From contig OZ218957.1 of NCBI GenBank assembly GCA_965112735.1, positions 2,914,001-2,978,000 on the forward strand: a stretch of 64,000 nt of DNA, written 5' to 3'. Source of the DNA: Phaeosaccion multiseriatum (Eukaryota; Protista; Ochrophyta, other classes). A program made the position numbers and the translations under genes. Below the pieces are notes generated by a model. That model did no database searches. It was not told the DNA's origin and saw only the letters and a program-made list of their open reading frames with translations. Below, in pieces: positions 48,921 to 60,752 of this stretch; positions within the stretch are counted from its first letter, which is position 1; every line of letters starts with the position of its first letter.

Positions 48921-51082
48921 TCAGCCCAGTACGGGTATGTTTGTGTAGTCAAAGTAGTGCACCTTAAAACGCTCGTACACCCTCTCCGGGTCAAGCTCCT
49001 TGGCCACCCTTCGGTGGCACGCCTTGCCCGCCTCCGACCCCATCACCTGCCGCTTGTGCATGCCCTCCGCCCGCCCCACGCCCTCCCTGTCCGGCATCAT
49101 GAAGAGGGAGGTGAGTTTGCTGCCCCTGGCCACCCAGAGCGCCACCAGATCAGGGAAAGTGTCGGTGTCCTCATCGTCATCGTCGGCAACATCAACATCA
49201 GCATCATCATCGTCGTCGTCGTTGTTGCCTCCTCTGCCTGCTCGGCCCTTTGCCAGACCTTGCTGCAGAAGGTGGCTCAGAGCACCAAGGGCCCGGCCTT
49301 GCCCACCCCCTTCTGTTCGACGGCGCTTCCTACTCCCGCCGCCGCCGCCGCCGCTGCTGCTACTGCTGCTGCTGCTACTACTACTGCTGCTGCTGGTGGT
49401 GGTGGTGGTGCCGTTGTTGTTGTCACCGCCCTCACTACTCTTGGCGAAGTGGAAAAAATCGAGGCAGAAGGTGGGCGTCTGTGTGGGCCCCGCATCACTG
49501 TACTCACACTCCAGAAATACACGCTTCAGCACCACGAGTTGCCGGGGAGAACTTCCTGCTAGCGCCAGTCTGTAGTAGCCGTTCGGGCAGCGAGTAGAAG
49601 GCAGGGAGAGAGAGGGGAAGAAAGAGAGAGGGGCGGGAGAGGGGGGGGGAGATGCGGGAGAGGCGGGAAGGTAGTGGACGGGTCAGTCGCTGGTCGTTTG
49701 GCGGACGGGCGGAAGGTGTGGACAGAGACCAGAGAGGGCGCGAGGACGGAGCACTTAGAATACCAAGCGACTCTCCCACCAACGCTGTGCGTAGAAGCAT
49801 GGGACCAGAGAAGAACAACAATAATAGGCACAAGAACCGAACAAACACACAATACGAGCACCATAATTCAGAGCGGAGCTGAGCTACTGAGTTGAGCTGA
49901 GCTGAGCAGTCTCCATTGATCCATTCTACTACAAGTACGAGAGAAGGCCCCACCGCACTCCCGCGCCCGCAGTACATCGCACTTCTTACCGATACGCCTC
50001 TTGCATGGCGGATCGCGACTCGCCCTCCCCCTCCCCCTCCCCCTCCTCCAAAGACATGGCGGAGGAGGGCGGCGAGGAGGATTGCGTGGCCATGGCGCTA
50101 CCGTTTGTTGCCGAGTCAGGTCCTGTGGAGGCAGGGGCTGCTGGGGAGGGGGAGGTTGCGGTGGTGGGGCCGGGGGACACCACACAGCGAAAGTCGTCTG
50201 CGAAGAGCTCCATGAGGAGGCGGATCTTGTCCTCCAAGGTGCGGCACCCCATCGGACCGCTTCCTCCGGCGAGCCTCAGGTTGTAGACTTCGCACTGAGA
50301 GAGGCGAGAGGTCATGTATAAGAGACAAGAGAGAGAGGGTGTGGGGGGGGGGGGAGGGAGAGAGGGAGAGAGATAAGCCATGGCACACATGTATTCATGT
50401 CAATGCCAGCCCAGGTACAACATACAACAATTCCTTCCTTCCTTTCACCAAGCCGCTTCCCACCCACCTGCCGCTCCGCTAGCTGGGCCGCAGAAAAGGA
50501 GAAGAAAGGCGTCTCGTCGTTGCTTGGCGACATTGATCTTTCCGCGTCTTTCCTCTTCTTGCGGTCCAGCCTCGCCCTACTGCCACCCAACTCCTCGTCT
50601 CCCTCGGCATCACTTCTGCTCCGTCGCCGGCTTTCCCCTTCATCACGCTTCCTATCCCGTCCCCGATGCCTGCTGCTACTGCTGCTGCTGATACTTCCGC
50701 TACTGCTGCTCCTCCTCCTCCTGCTGCTGCTGCGATCCGTCCTCCTCTCTTTACTTCCTCTTCTATCTCTCTCTCGCTTGTTCCTGCTGGGCCTTCCTCT
50801 GCTCGTGCTCCTCCTCCTCTCCCAATCTCTACTCCTGCTTCTGCTGCATGCCCTCCTTTCTTTTCTTTCCTTTCCTTCCCTTCCCCTCCTCTTTCGTGTG
50901 CCGCTGCTGCTGCTATCGCTCCTCGCCCTCCTGTCTCTTCCCCTCCCCCGATCCCAGTCCCTGCTCCGGCCTTCCCGTCCTCTCTCTCTAGAATGATAGC
51001 GCCGCCGATCTCTTCTGCCGGTCCCCTCCCTTGCCCTTTCTCTTGCCCTTTCTCGGCTTCGGCTTCGACTGTACCTCGGCAT
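48921..51082 (-). CDS. RS/RD-rich N-terminus fused to SnoaL/NTF2-like domain, 3 exons (~522 aa)
   Basis: Exons 51082-50468, 50294-49990, 49569-48921 are phase-compatible. AERQCEVYN...ELFADDF...SAMQEAY...VLKRVFL...FCLDF...VALWVARGSKLTSLF follows, by eye, the COG4538-type SnoaL-like pattern. Confidence 0.65.
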
Positions 51083-51397
51083 GCCGCTCACACATTAATT
51101 AAAAAAAAAAAAGAGAAAAGCGCGATGAATGAGAGCCCCGAGACGTCGCCAAGGATGGGGGAGAACAACCAACCCACACAGGGAGCCAGCGTGGGCCGAT
51201 GGCCTATCATTTTCAATTTGCGCGACAGCCTTTGAGGAGAGAGATTGTGTTGAATCAGCCACACGAGCGAAAGGAGAGGACACTTGAGAAGGTGAGGTTC
51301 TGTATTGCCCTCTCTGCCGGGGACACCAGACCGTTGCGCAACCATTTCGACCTCAATTTGAAACACCTCCTCAACCGATCGTTCTGCTGTTCCGCAG

Positions 51398-51907
51398 ATG
51401 AGGACTGCAAGGAGATGTACGGCCGTGGTGGCAGCTATCTCCATGGCCCTGCCATGTTCGCAAGGGTTTATCATTAGCGCTGCACCTCCAGCGGCATTAG
51501 CGGGAGAAGCAGCAGCAAGACGAGCACCAGCAACAGAAGGAGTAATCCGAGTTCGCCGGTCAGCAGCCAGGGGGGCGATGTGGGAATCCAACGTGGAGAC
51601 ACAGGATCGACATGACTCGCGCCAGGTAGACAAGGCGTCGCCCGCAGTAGCAGCAGGGGTAGGCGTTGCGACTCAGGCGGAGCAGCTCTCTCCTCCGAAG
51701 CAACTTGAAGCAGCAGCCCGAGTCGCTGAGAAGGACAGGATAGCGTGGAAGCAGTGGTCTGTCGGGGCGCTGCTCGAGGAAAGGGAGGGGCAAGAGGACG
51801 AGGAGGCCCTTGACACCTACGACGCCTCGTTGTTCGACTTTGCCACAGTCTTTGAGCGAGACAACTACACTGGGGAAGAGAACGAAGGCGGCTACCACTA
51901 CATATAG
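51398..51907 (+). CDS. Uncharacterised 169-aa protein with bipartite plastid-type presequence
   Basis: Hydrophobic signal ending SQG-F, Ala/Arg-rich transit-like stretch, and an acidic/aromatic C-terminal segment (WKQWSVGALLEE...YDASLFDF...GGYHYI). Confidence 0.65.
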   Translation: MRTARRCTAVVAAISMALPCSQGFIISAAPPAALAGEAAARRAPATEGVIRVRRSAARGAMWESNVETQDRHDSRQVDKASPAVAAGVGVATQAEQLSPPKQLEAAARVAEKDRIAWKQWSVGALLEEREGQEDEEALDTYDASLFDFATVFERDNYTGEENEGGYHYI

Positions 51908-52047
51908 CTATATAGCTGGAGGGGAGTATGTATAGGGTAGAGGACCGGGCGGGGAGGGGCCAATGAAGAGGACTGGGGCGGCCAATGACGGAGGTGTGGC
52001 AATCGTCCTCCTATTCCCCCTACTGAGGAGAGATGTATGGTTTTACC

Positions 52048-52098
<51 letters not shown>

Positions 52099-52319
52099 AT
52101 TCATGTACATACTGTGTGTGTGACCGTAACTGTTCTAAAACAGTGATTTATTGATTTTTCTCTCCTTCCTAACACTTCTTTTCAACGACTTGTCACTGTT
52201 GAGTAAGCTCCTTCCTTCCCTCGGACCGCATGCAATATACATCTCTCTATACACTTCACCTCTACTCACCACCTCCAACAATACTCATTGCCCTGTCTCT
52301 TCACCTTCATCATGACCAT

Positions 52320-52760
52320 GCACGCCCATGGCCTACCTACGTCAGCCATAGCTTCGTATCGTGCTCTCTCCAATACCGCCCGTTGCCCAACCTCGGCTCT
52401 CGCTTGTATCTCGTCCTCACCCCTCAACTGTCGCATCCTGCGGTGTGTTCCTTTTCGTATCCACAATACTTGCCATCGCTCTTTCTTTTTATCTACACTA
52501 CATATGTACCCACCCGTCCATTGCCTACCTACACCTTAGCTGCCTTCTCTGTCACGTCGCCTGCCTGCTTGGTCCTTACTTACGTCCTCACTCCCTCTCT
52601 CTCTCACTTCACATGTCCCAGAATACTCTCTGGGGTGTGTGTCCTCCTTTTCATATCCACATACGCTTGCCATCATTCTACCTACACTTACGTCCCTACC
52701 CGCCCATCGGCTTGCCTACCTTCCTTACTTCAGCCACCGCTTCAGTATCGTGCCTCCCTC
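52320..52760. repeat. Degenerate tandem repeat, period about 190-200 bp
   Basis: cggtgtgttccttttcgtatccaca..cttgccatc (52441) recurs as gtgtgtcctccttttcatatccaca..cttgccatc (~52637); cg(c/t)ccat...gcctacct recurs at about 52323, 52515 and 52701. Confidence 0.7.
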
Positions 52761-52778
52761 ACACAGTCACTCACTCAG

Positions 52779-52891
52779 TCAAATGTCGCACTCTGCAGTG
52801 TCCTTTGTGTTCATGTACTGCTCGGGCGCAAAGTCGTCCTCCCCCGTGTCTTCAAAGTACAGCTTCCTCCTGTGTGTGTATACGTGAGTGT

Positions 52892-52934
<43 letters not shown>

Positions 52935-54094
52935 CGTGCGCGGCGGGCGTGTTGTGGTGACAAATCACATGACGATGGATACACATGGAGAGGGAGCGGA
53001 ACACCAGAAAGGGCAACAGTTGTCAGTTGTGAGGGCGGTGGAGCGGACAAAGCGAGGAGAGTGAGTCCTTCTTGAGAGGAGCGGTGCCCGCACATACCCT
53101 TACACACACGCCCACACATGCACGTGTGAGTTGCCACCCGGGGTGGAGGGGCATCCAAACATGGAAGCAACAGCACCGACCCTGTCTCGACGATCCGATG
53201 ACTCACCAATCATCTTCCTCCTCAAACATCCTGTCGCCGTTGAATACTGTGAAGTCGAGGCCTTGAGCGGCCTTATACTCTCCCCTGCTCTTCTTGTTCT
53301 TCTTGTACCTCTTTTCGTCTCTGTTGTTTGGTGATGAGGAGTGGGTCAGTGGGGGCGCAGGAGGGGATAGATCAGTCAAGACGACTCCTCAGAGGCCATA
53401 AAAGAAGACCTGTGTCCGACTTGCCGCCGAGGAGCAGCGGCTGAGGAGAGCGAGAGGAATACACGAAGGCATACCAGTGGAGAGGGTTTGGCCCGGCCAA
53501 GCCCCCCCCCAGCCAAGGCCCCTCCCTCCCAAACAATACTGTAAAATCACGCACCGTTTCACATACTCTTTCCAAGAGTACGCTCCTGAAGGAGAGTGAT
53601 ATCGCGGATCCAAGGAAGAGGGCGGGGGTTGAGAGGGGGACAGGGGGTCGTTTGCAAAAGGACGGAGGAGAGCAGCGAGGCGACGTCTCAGAACACAGGC
53701 GGAGAGGGGCACAGGCAAAGGAGCAGCCGGGGAGAGACTGATGAACACATGTAGACGGTCAGGCGGAGCGAAGTGACCGAAATGGACCTCCACTTGAAGC
53801 TTTGAAGAAAGAGCGGGTGCATGAGGCGAGGGCCGCATCGGCCCCATCCAGCGGCCCAGAGAGAGGAAAGATGGCTGACTTGAGGTCCCTCAGAGTCAGA
53901 GGATAGTCGTGTCTCTCTCTGGCTCACATACCTTCGCTGTCGATCACCATGTCCTCGCCGTCCCCTTCTGGAATGCGACTCTTCCTGGCTTTCCCGATAT
54001 GGGACAACGAGACGGAACTCACCGGGGAAGGGGGGATGAAGGCAGAAGAGAGCAACATGCCCGAAAGAAGCAGAGCACAGACGAGGAATTGCAT
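52779..54094 (-). CDS. Uncharacterised 132-aa plastid-targeted protein, 4 exons
   Basis: Exons 54094-53932, 53585-53555, 53320-53207, 52869-52779 splice in frame. N-terminus MQFLVCALLLSGMLLSSA-FIPP is a clear ASAFAP-type presequence. Confidence 0.75.
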
Positions 54095-54444
54095 GTTGGA
54101 AAGACTTTTATTTAACTTTTCTCCGATCAGCAAATAACAAAAAAATCAAACTACTGTGCCTTCTGTTGCCATCTTTGCTACCTCGCGGTCCCTTCAATCT
54201 CTTCCCTCCTCTCTCACTGTCTTACTGCTGTTTTGCACATTGCCAGGTGAGGCTGCTGGTCGTTTTGCTGCCCACGCTACCGTAGGCTTTTCCTTTTCCT
54301 CTCTCCCTTTCTCTTTCCTTCTCTCCTTCTCTTCCCCAAGTTTTAAAACCCAACGGCCTCCCACACAGGGCGTATTATACCAACACCTCCCACACCCCAC
54401 GCACACGAGTGTTTTGGAGCCCTCCCCACCGGCTGTAAATCAGC

Positions 54445-56105
54445 ATGTCTCTGAGGGGTGAGACCAGAGAGCAGGAGCAGCTGAGGCGACGGATGCAGTT
54501 CCAAGTCGAGCCTGCCCCGGACCGAGTGGAGGGCACCCCAAGGAAGAGCAGCAGGTTGGCTTCTGCCGGGTCCTCTGCCGGCCCGTCCGAGAGAACCAGG
54601 AGCAGCAGGGAGGATGGGGCGAGCCGGCAATCGGGAAAGAAACTGAAGATGGGGTCCAAGGAAGGCCGACGGGGCAAAGGCCAGGAAGAGGATGACGGCA
54701 CATCATTCAACTACTACTTTGGCGGCCCCTGGGGCACCTTCTTGTGCGTGGCGCTTCTCCCCTACGTCATCCTTGTGCTGGTGTACTGGACCAGCAAGGA
54801 GTACACATTGCAGTGGCCCAAGGGCGGTGTTTCTGCCATGGACTGGGTACGTTTGGGATGAGAGGGATTTGAATGAGCTATTGATACTTTACTTTCCCCG
54901 CGCTGTGGATTGTGCTTGATTATGGACCCAGCGACGGCCTCATCTGCCTCTTAAGCGCTTGTCCCTTTGTCTGCCCCTTTCCTCTCTCCCCTCATCAGCT
55001 GAAGGAGTTGTGGGCTCACCTGCCCCCGCCTCCTTGGCGCCTGGTGCCCCAGCTGCTCACCAGCACCGGATGTGGCATCTTCGCCTGCTGGCTCGTCTTC
55101 CAGGTCGTCCTGGAGAGACTGCTTCCCGGGAAGAAGGTGGAGGGAGCCGTTCTTCCGGACGGACAGCGCCTAAGGTGAGTCGGGGGCAAAAACTGCTGCT
55201 GCTTGGTGGACAAGGACTTGCCAAAGAATCTTAAATCTTAACCCCCCTATCGTGTCTGTCCTATCACACGCACACACACACATACACAGCTATCGCATCA
55301 ACGGACACCTCGCCTTCTGGACCACCCTCCTCGCTATGGGGCACAGCGGCCCTGTGATGGCCCTTCTGGGCATGTCCCCCTTGAGACTGGCGGTACTGTA
55401 CGACCACTACCTCGAGGTGGCCATGGCGTCCATTGTCTTCTCCTTCGGGCTCTCGCTGGTCCTCTTTGGCCTGTCCTTCAGGGAGGGGGAGGTGCTGTTG
55501 GCGGAGAGCGGCACGTCTGGCAATTCGATGTACGACTTTTGGATGGGAAGGGAGCTCAACCCGCGGATAGGTGAGTAGAGCAAGGCCAGACCAGACCAGA
55601 GCAGAGCAGAGCAGAGCAAGCCAGAGCAGGGAGCTCGGTGGGGTGAAGGCAGTTGGTGAGACAGAGAAGAGCAGAGAGAGGAGAGTTGGGAGCTTGCTGG
55701 GGCGAAAGTATGGACGAGGAGAGGAAGAGAGCAGTGTAGGATTGAAAGGCACCCCCCTCCATCCCCGTCCCAGCCTTGACTTCCCCCGCCCCCCGCCGCC
55801 TAGCTGCTGCTCTCTGCTGAGCTGTATTACCAACGGCTGCTTCGTCTACTGCTTCCTTGACCTTTGACCTTCGCCCTTTGCCCTTGCACAGGCTCCTTCG
55901 ACCTGAAATTCTTCTTCGAGCTCCGGCCAGGCCTACTCGGCTGGGCGGTGCTCAACATCGGAATGGCCATGAAGCAGATCGAGCTCACGGGCAACATCTC
56001 CACGGCCATGCTGCTGGTTCAGATCTTTCAGGGAGTGTATGTGTGGGACTCCCTCTTCCAGGTCCGTACCGTTTGTTTCATTCGTCACAATCCAGGAGGC
56101 GCGCC

Positions 56106-56158
<53 letters not shown>

Positions 56159-57594
56159 CCTCTCTCTCTCTTCTCTCCCCCTGTACATGTCTGCCTCTCT
56201 CGCACGCAAAAATACCTTTTATGTGGGGGTGATCTTGGGACGTGTGGCATACACGATATGCCTCCCTAAACCACCGCACCCAACACACACACGTCCTTTC
56301 ATCCCTCCGGCTTTGCCCAGCTGTCCTGCTGCCGTCTCTCTCTCTCATCCACATGCCCATTCTCCCCCACCCCCTGCCCCCCACCCTCCCCACACACCGC
56401 AGGAGAGCAGCATCTTGACGACGATGGACATCACGACGGAAGGCTTCGGTTTCATGCTCGTGTTTGGGGACATCTCGTGGGTACCCTTTGTGTACAGTCT
56501 GCAGGTGAGAGAGAGGGGGCAAAACAAGCTCAGAAAATGTTCCATGAAAGTCCACTCACGCTCTTGTGACCCTGATGACCCTTTTGATCCTCTGTCTTCT
56601 TTCTTGCCCTTCTTCGACTCCCACCCCGCGCCGCCCGCCGTCAAACACTCAATCAAATCCACCAATTAACCAACCAACCAATGACTCAATCACTCTGTCA
56701 CTCAATCAAATCAACCAATTAACCAACCAACCCATCACTCCATCCCTCTGTCACTCAATCAAATCAACCAATTAACAAACCAACCAACCAACCAATCACT
56801 CAATCGAATCTTCAATCAATCGGTCACTCTCTATCACTCTCCCACTCAATCAAACCAACCAATCGACCAACCAACCAACTAACTACTCAATCAACCAATC
56901 GAAAGGCGCGGTACCTGGTGGAGCACGACGCAGGCCTGCCCTCCTGGGCCTATGTCCTCATCTTCGCTGTGCACTGGCTCGGGTATGCCACCTTCCGCTC
57001 CTCCAACTCGCAAAAGGACGCCTTTCGCAGAGACCCCAAGGGGGAGGATGTACGCCACTTGGAGTGGATGCCCACCACGCGGGGCACCAAGCTGCTGACC
57101 TCGGGCTGGTGGGGGATGGCCAGGAAGATCAATTACACAGGTACGAGCGGTGTGGAGAGGGTGGAAAGAGGGTGGAGGGGATAGAGAGAGGGTATAAACA
57201 AGTTAGTGACCTCCCCTGGGAAGCATACATAACCATACATGTCATCAAGCTTCAAACCTCACACCCGCAATTCGCGAATGAATGACATGACGTGTGTGTG
57301 TGTGCGCGTGTGTGTGTGAGCATTCCTCCTCCTTCACTCGCAACCCCTCACGCACTCATCCACCCCTCTCCTCACGCACTCTCTGTGAGCACAGGAGACT
57401 GGATAATGGGCCTCTGCTGGTGCCTCTGCACGGGCTTCAACAGCCCAGTGACTTACTTCTACGCCGCCTACTTCCTCGTGCTGCTGGTGCTGCGAGCCCA
57501 GAGGGACGACGCTCACTGCCAAGACAAGTACGGAGCGGACTGGGCCACTTACAAGGAGAAGGTGCCCGCTCTGTTCATCCCCGGCGTGCTGTAA
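54445..57594 (+). CDS. ERG24: Delta14-sterol reductase (ERG24/LBR family), 7 exons
   Basis: [131 protein letters not shown]. Exons 54445-54846, 54999-55174, 55290-55570, 55892-56061, 56403-56504, 56906-57140, 57395-57594. Confidence 0.95.
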
Positions 57595-58555
57595 ACGCAC
57601 ACACACACACACACACACACACAACCAGCCAATCGAGAGCTACAAGGCAAAAAGCAGGCGAGGGAGGGGGGGCATTCTTCACTCCTGGTGTACTATAGAC
57701 AAGCCTACCTGCGGCTTACCACTCGGCCTCTGTGTGTGTGTATGTGTCTGTGAGCTGTACACAGCCCACTCGGGCCTGTGTACATGTGTGCTATGCGGTC
57801 TATACTACCCCGAGCAACAAGAGAAGACGAGGGGAGGAGAGGGGTGTGAGTTGAGGTCGACTGGGCCGAGACTGCTGTGGGAGGCAGCGGGGCACTGCAC
57901 TACCGAAGAGGCTTGGCATTCACGGGTTTGGGATGGAAAAAAGATTCGCGATTCAATCAAGATGGGGACGCAGAGAAAATATAAGAGAGAAGAAGGAAGG
58001 AGAAGGAGGGGCAATGGATTATTGATAAGTGAGATAAAAGGCGCCGGAGAGCAAGCCGGGGGGTGCGACAGATGAAAAGGCGCCGGGGAGCAAGCCATGG
58101 GGTACGACTGAGGGAGAACGGACGAGGCGACTAAAGCGGCGTTGCTGTTGCGGCGCTTTGTTTATCGTCGGTGGCGGCAAGGAAGACATGTGTGGGGGGG
58201 GAGGGAGGGAGGGAGGGAGGGGCACCACTCAGGTATACGAAAGGCGGGGGGGGGGGGAGAAGAGGGGGACAGGATAATGTGTGTGTGTGTGCGTGCGTGG
58301 GCGTGTCGTGTCAGGGGGATTTGAGACCTCTTCTCTGCTTCTGTGGACGGCGACCACCATGCAGCTCCGTTTGGCGTAAGTTTGTTTGATCACAATTAAA
58401 AATAGAACAAGAGAAAGTGTATGATGTTGGGGGAATGTGTGGGTGACCTTTCCTCCTCCGCCCCCTCGGGAGGGCTGTGGGTGACCTTTTTCTTCGTCGA
58501 CCCTGTGCTTTGCGCATACACCACCACACACACAGCACACAGCAAACAAGGAAAC

Positions 58556-58845
58556 ATGTCTGGCAAGGGAAAGGGAGGAGGGGGAGCGACGGGCGGCAGC
58601 GGCGGTGGGGCAGGCCAAGGAGGAGAAAGAGGCGGAGCCGGAAGAGGACTAGGCCCCGGCGACGCGGGTAAGATACGCTTTGACTTGCTGTTGATTGTCT
58701 TGAAGTTTGCATGCAGTAGCTTCTAACGCGCGTTTATCCCCTCTGTTGCTGCTACTGCTGCTGCTGCTGCTACTCAGGGGGGTGGCCATCCACGACGGGG
58801 AACCCCTCTGGTGGTGGAAGAAGCAATAACCCGCCCAAGAAGTGA
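58556..58845 (+). CDS. 59-aa Gly-rich microprotein with C-terminal WPSTTGNPSGGGRSNNPPKK, 2 exons
   Basis: Strong context aaacATG; exon 1 58556-58667 with GTAAG donor; CAG acceptor at 58777; phases match; stop at 58843-58845. Confidence 0.75.
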
Positions 58846-59467
58846 TTTAGTGAGTCGGCCGAGAACACCGCCCTCACGATGCAACAAGGGCAGCAAGAAT
58901 GCAACAAAGGCAGAAGCAAGGATGCCCGGCGAAGCGGTCCAATGGCGCAAGATTTTTTCAGTGTTGTAGTCACTTAAAGTTGAATGAAGCTCCGAATGAA
59001 GCCAACACAAAAGCAAGGAACACGCTCTTGGTACAGTAGTAGATGTCTAGAAGCCAAACCAGGCCACATCGTCGCTGCTGCTACTCTAGCTGTCGCTTGG
59101 TGCTTCCCACTTCGCTCGCATTCGAGCGTAGGTATGATGCCCTCCTGACGCCGCACTCCTCAAGCAGCAGGCCAGCAACCGCCCCCCACCGAATGTGCAT
59201 ATATATAAAATGCAGAGGGCCAGCAAGGTGCCGCTCTCCTCTCCTCTCCTCTCCTATTCCGTCTTGTTGAAAGTGCATGACCAAGCCTTGTACTCGGGCG
59301 AAAGGCGGCCTGTACCGCATGGCTTGCTGGCCTAAAAGCTGCCGCAGCACGAGTAGAGGGGGGCGTGGAGGAGGAGGAGGAGGAGGAGGAGGAGGAGGAG
59401 GAGGAGGAGGAGGAGGAGGAGGAGGAGCAAACTGCCTCATGTGGCGCCCCGGCCAGCGCCAGATTGG

Positions 59468-60463
59468 TCAGTCTTGGCAGTCGCAGGGGTGTCCATTGGC
59501 ATGTACCCACTGCTTAATCTCCTCAAAGGCGGCAGGGGCCATATCCCACACCTCATCTCCATACTCATCCTTCAAGAACTGTGGGCATGCCTCTCTCGTC
59601 CAGGGACACATGACCTCCTCTGAGCGGAGCCATTTCAGGACAGAGAGGCTCTCGGCATAAACTGCGTCAGAACAGACAGTTACATCCCAATCGCACAGCT
59701 CCCGTGCGTTGGAATGCAGCCATTGCAGCACTTCCAGATTGCCCTCTCCGGCCGCCCAGGTAGGCCCTAACCTCCACATGTTGTCTATCTCTTGCTCCGC
59801 CTCCATCTGAGCTCTGACCTTGGGATGCTGTACAAGCATTTCCAGCACGCTGATGCGCCCCAACTTCACAGCTTCCGCCCACATGGTAAAAAAAGGAGGG
59901 TCCTCAAACTCGTCGGACAGCAGCCACCCCAGAACCTCCACATTGCCGCACTTGCCAGCTTCCCTACAGATATCAGGTTGCCACCAAGGACAGCGCTCCT
60001 TGTTGGGGAGGTCCTCGGATCGCAGCCACTTGAGGACACGCAGCCCATGCCCAGCATTCCACACCGCGGCGTTGCAGACCTCTTCATTCCAGGTGCAGCC
60101 CATGCGATAAAGCTCCTCGCACACCCTCACATCTCCGTACTCTGCCGCCGCGTCGAAAATATCCGCACTCAGCTCGCACCCATAATCCATGGCCCACTGC
60201 ACGCGCTTGACAGACTCCACCACGATTGGAAGGGAAGTCTCGAGTGAAGGATACGCCGCGCTGTACTGCTCTCGCCACTCCTTACACATGGTGGCGACGA
60301 AGACGTGGTGGCCCTTTCCCACAAGAAGCATGACTCCTCGCAGCACCTCCTCCATCCCCAAGGCCTTGACACTGGGCACATAAGTCTCCAAAACCAAATT
60401 CCTTCCTGCAAAATCCTTGCTGCTCAGGCGCTGCCTCTTCGAGGAATCGTCTGCCTCTGCCAT
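59468..60463 (-). CDS. Intronless F-box-like/ankyrin-like (CPWDE-type) repeat protein
   Basis: Intact ORF from MAEADD; N-terminal EEVLRGVMLLV...FVATMCKEWR (F-box-like), CxW repeats, C-terminus WVHANGHPCDCQD. Confidence 0.85.
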   Translation of the reverse strand: MAEADDSSKRQRLSSKDFAGRNLVLETYVPSVKALGMEEVLRGVMLLVGKGHHVFVATMCKEWREQYSAAYPSLETSLPIVVESVKRVQWAMDYGCELSADIFDAAAEYGDVRVCEELYRMGCTWNEEVCNAAVWNAGHGLRVLKWLRSEDLPNKERCPWWQPDICREAGKCGNVEVLGWLLSDEFEDPPFFTMWAEAVKLGRISVLEMLVQHPKVRAQMEAEQEIDNMWRLGPTWAAGEGNLEVLQWLHSNARELCDWDVTVCSDAVYAESLSVLKWLRSEEVMCPWTREACPQFLKDEYGDEVWDMAPAAFEEIKQWVHANGHPCDCQD

Positions 60464-60752
60464 GGGTGCCTGCAGCAGCGACAAAGCTGATTAATGATGG
60501 GAGTAGTAGGACGGAGAAGGTGGTGGGTTGCAGCCAGCGAGGCCAATCAGCCAGGCAGGAGGTCGTATTATGGTTGTCTAAAAGTAACGCCTAGATGGTG
60601 GGAGAGCGATGATCCTTCATGTCATGTGTTGAACTTTCTCTTTTCCAACCCCGCCTCCTTCCCTTCGTTGTACCAGTCTTGACTACGAGAGCACGGACTC
60701 GGACATCACGCTTTCGTACGATCCAAGCAGAGGGGGAGGAGGGAGCGGAAAG

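Noticed and set aside
52230-53075. 281-aa plus-strand ORF
   Set aside because: Runs through a degenerate repeat and (GT)n tract and overlaps a better-supported minus-strand spliced gene.
622-57594. Sterol gene cluster (SSD protein plus ERG24)
   Set aside because: About 47 kb apart with many unrelated genes between; no evidence of functional clustering.
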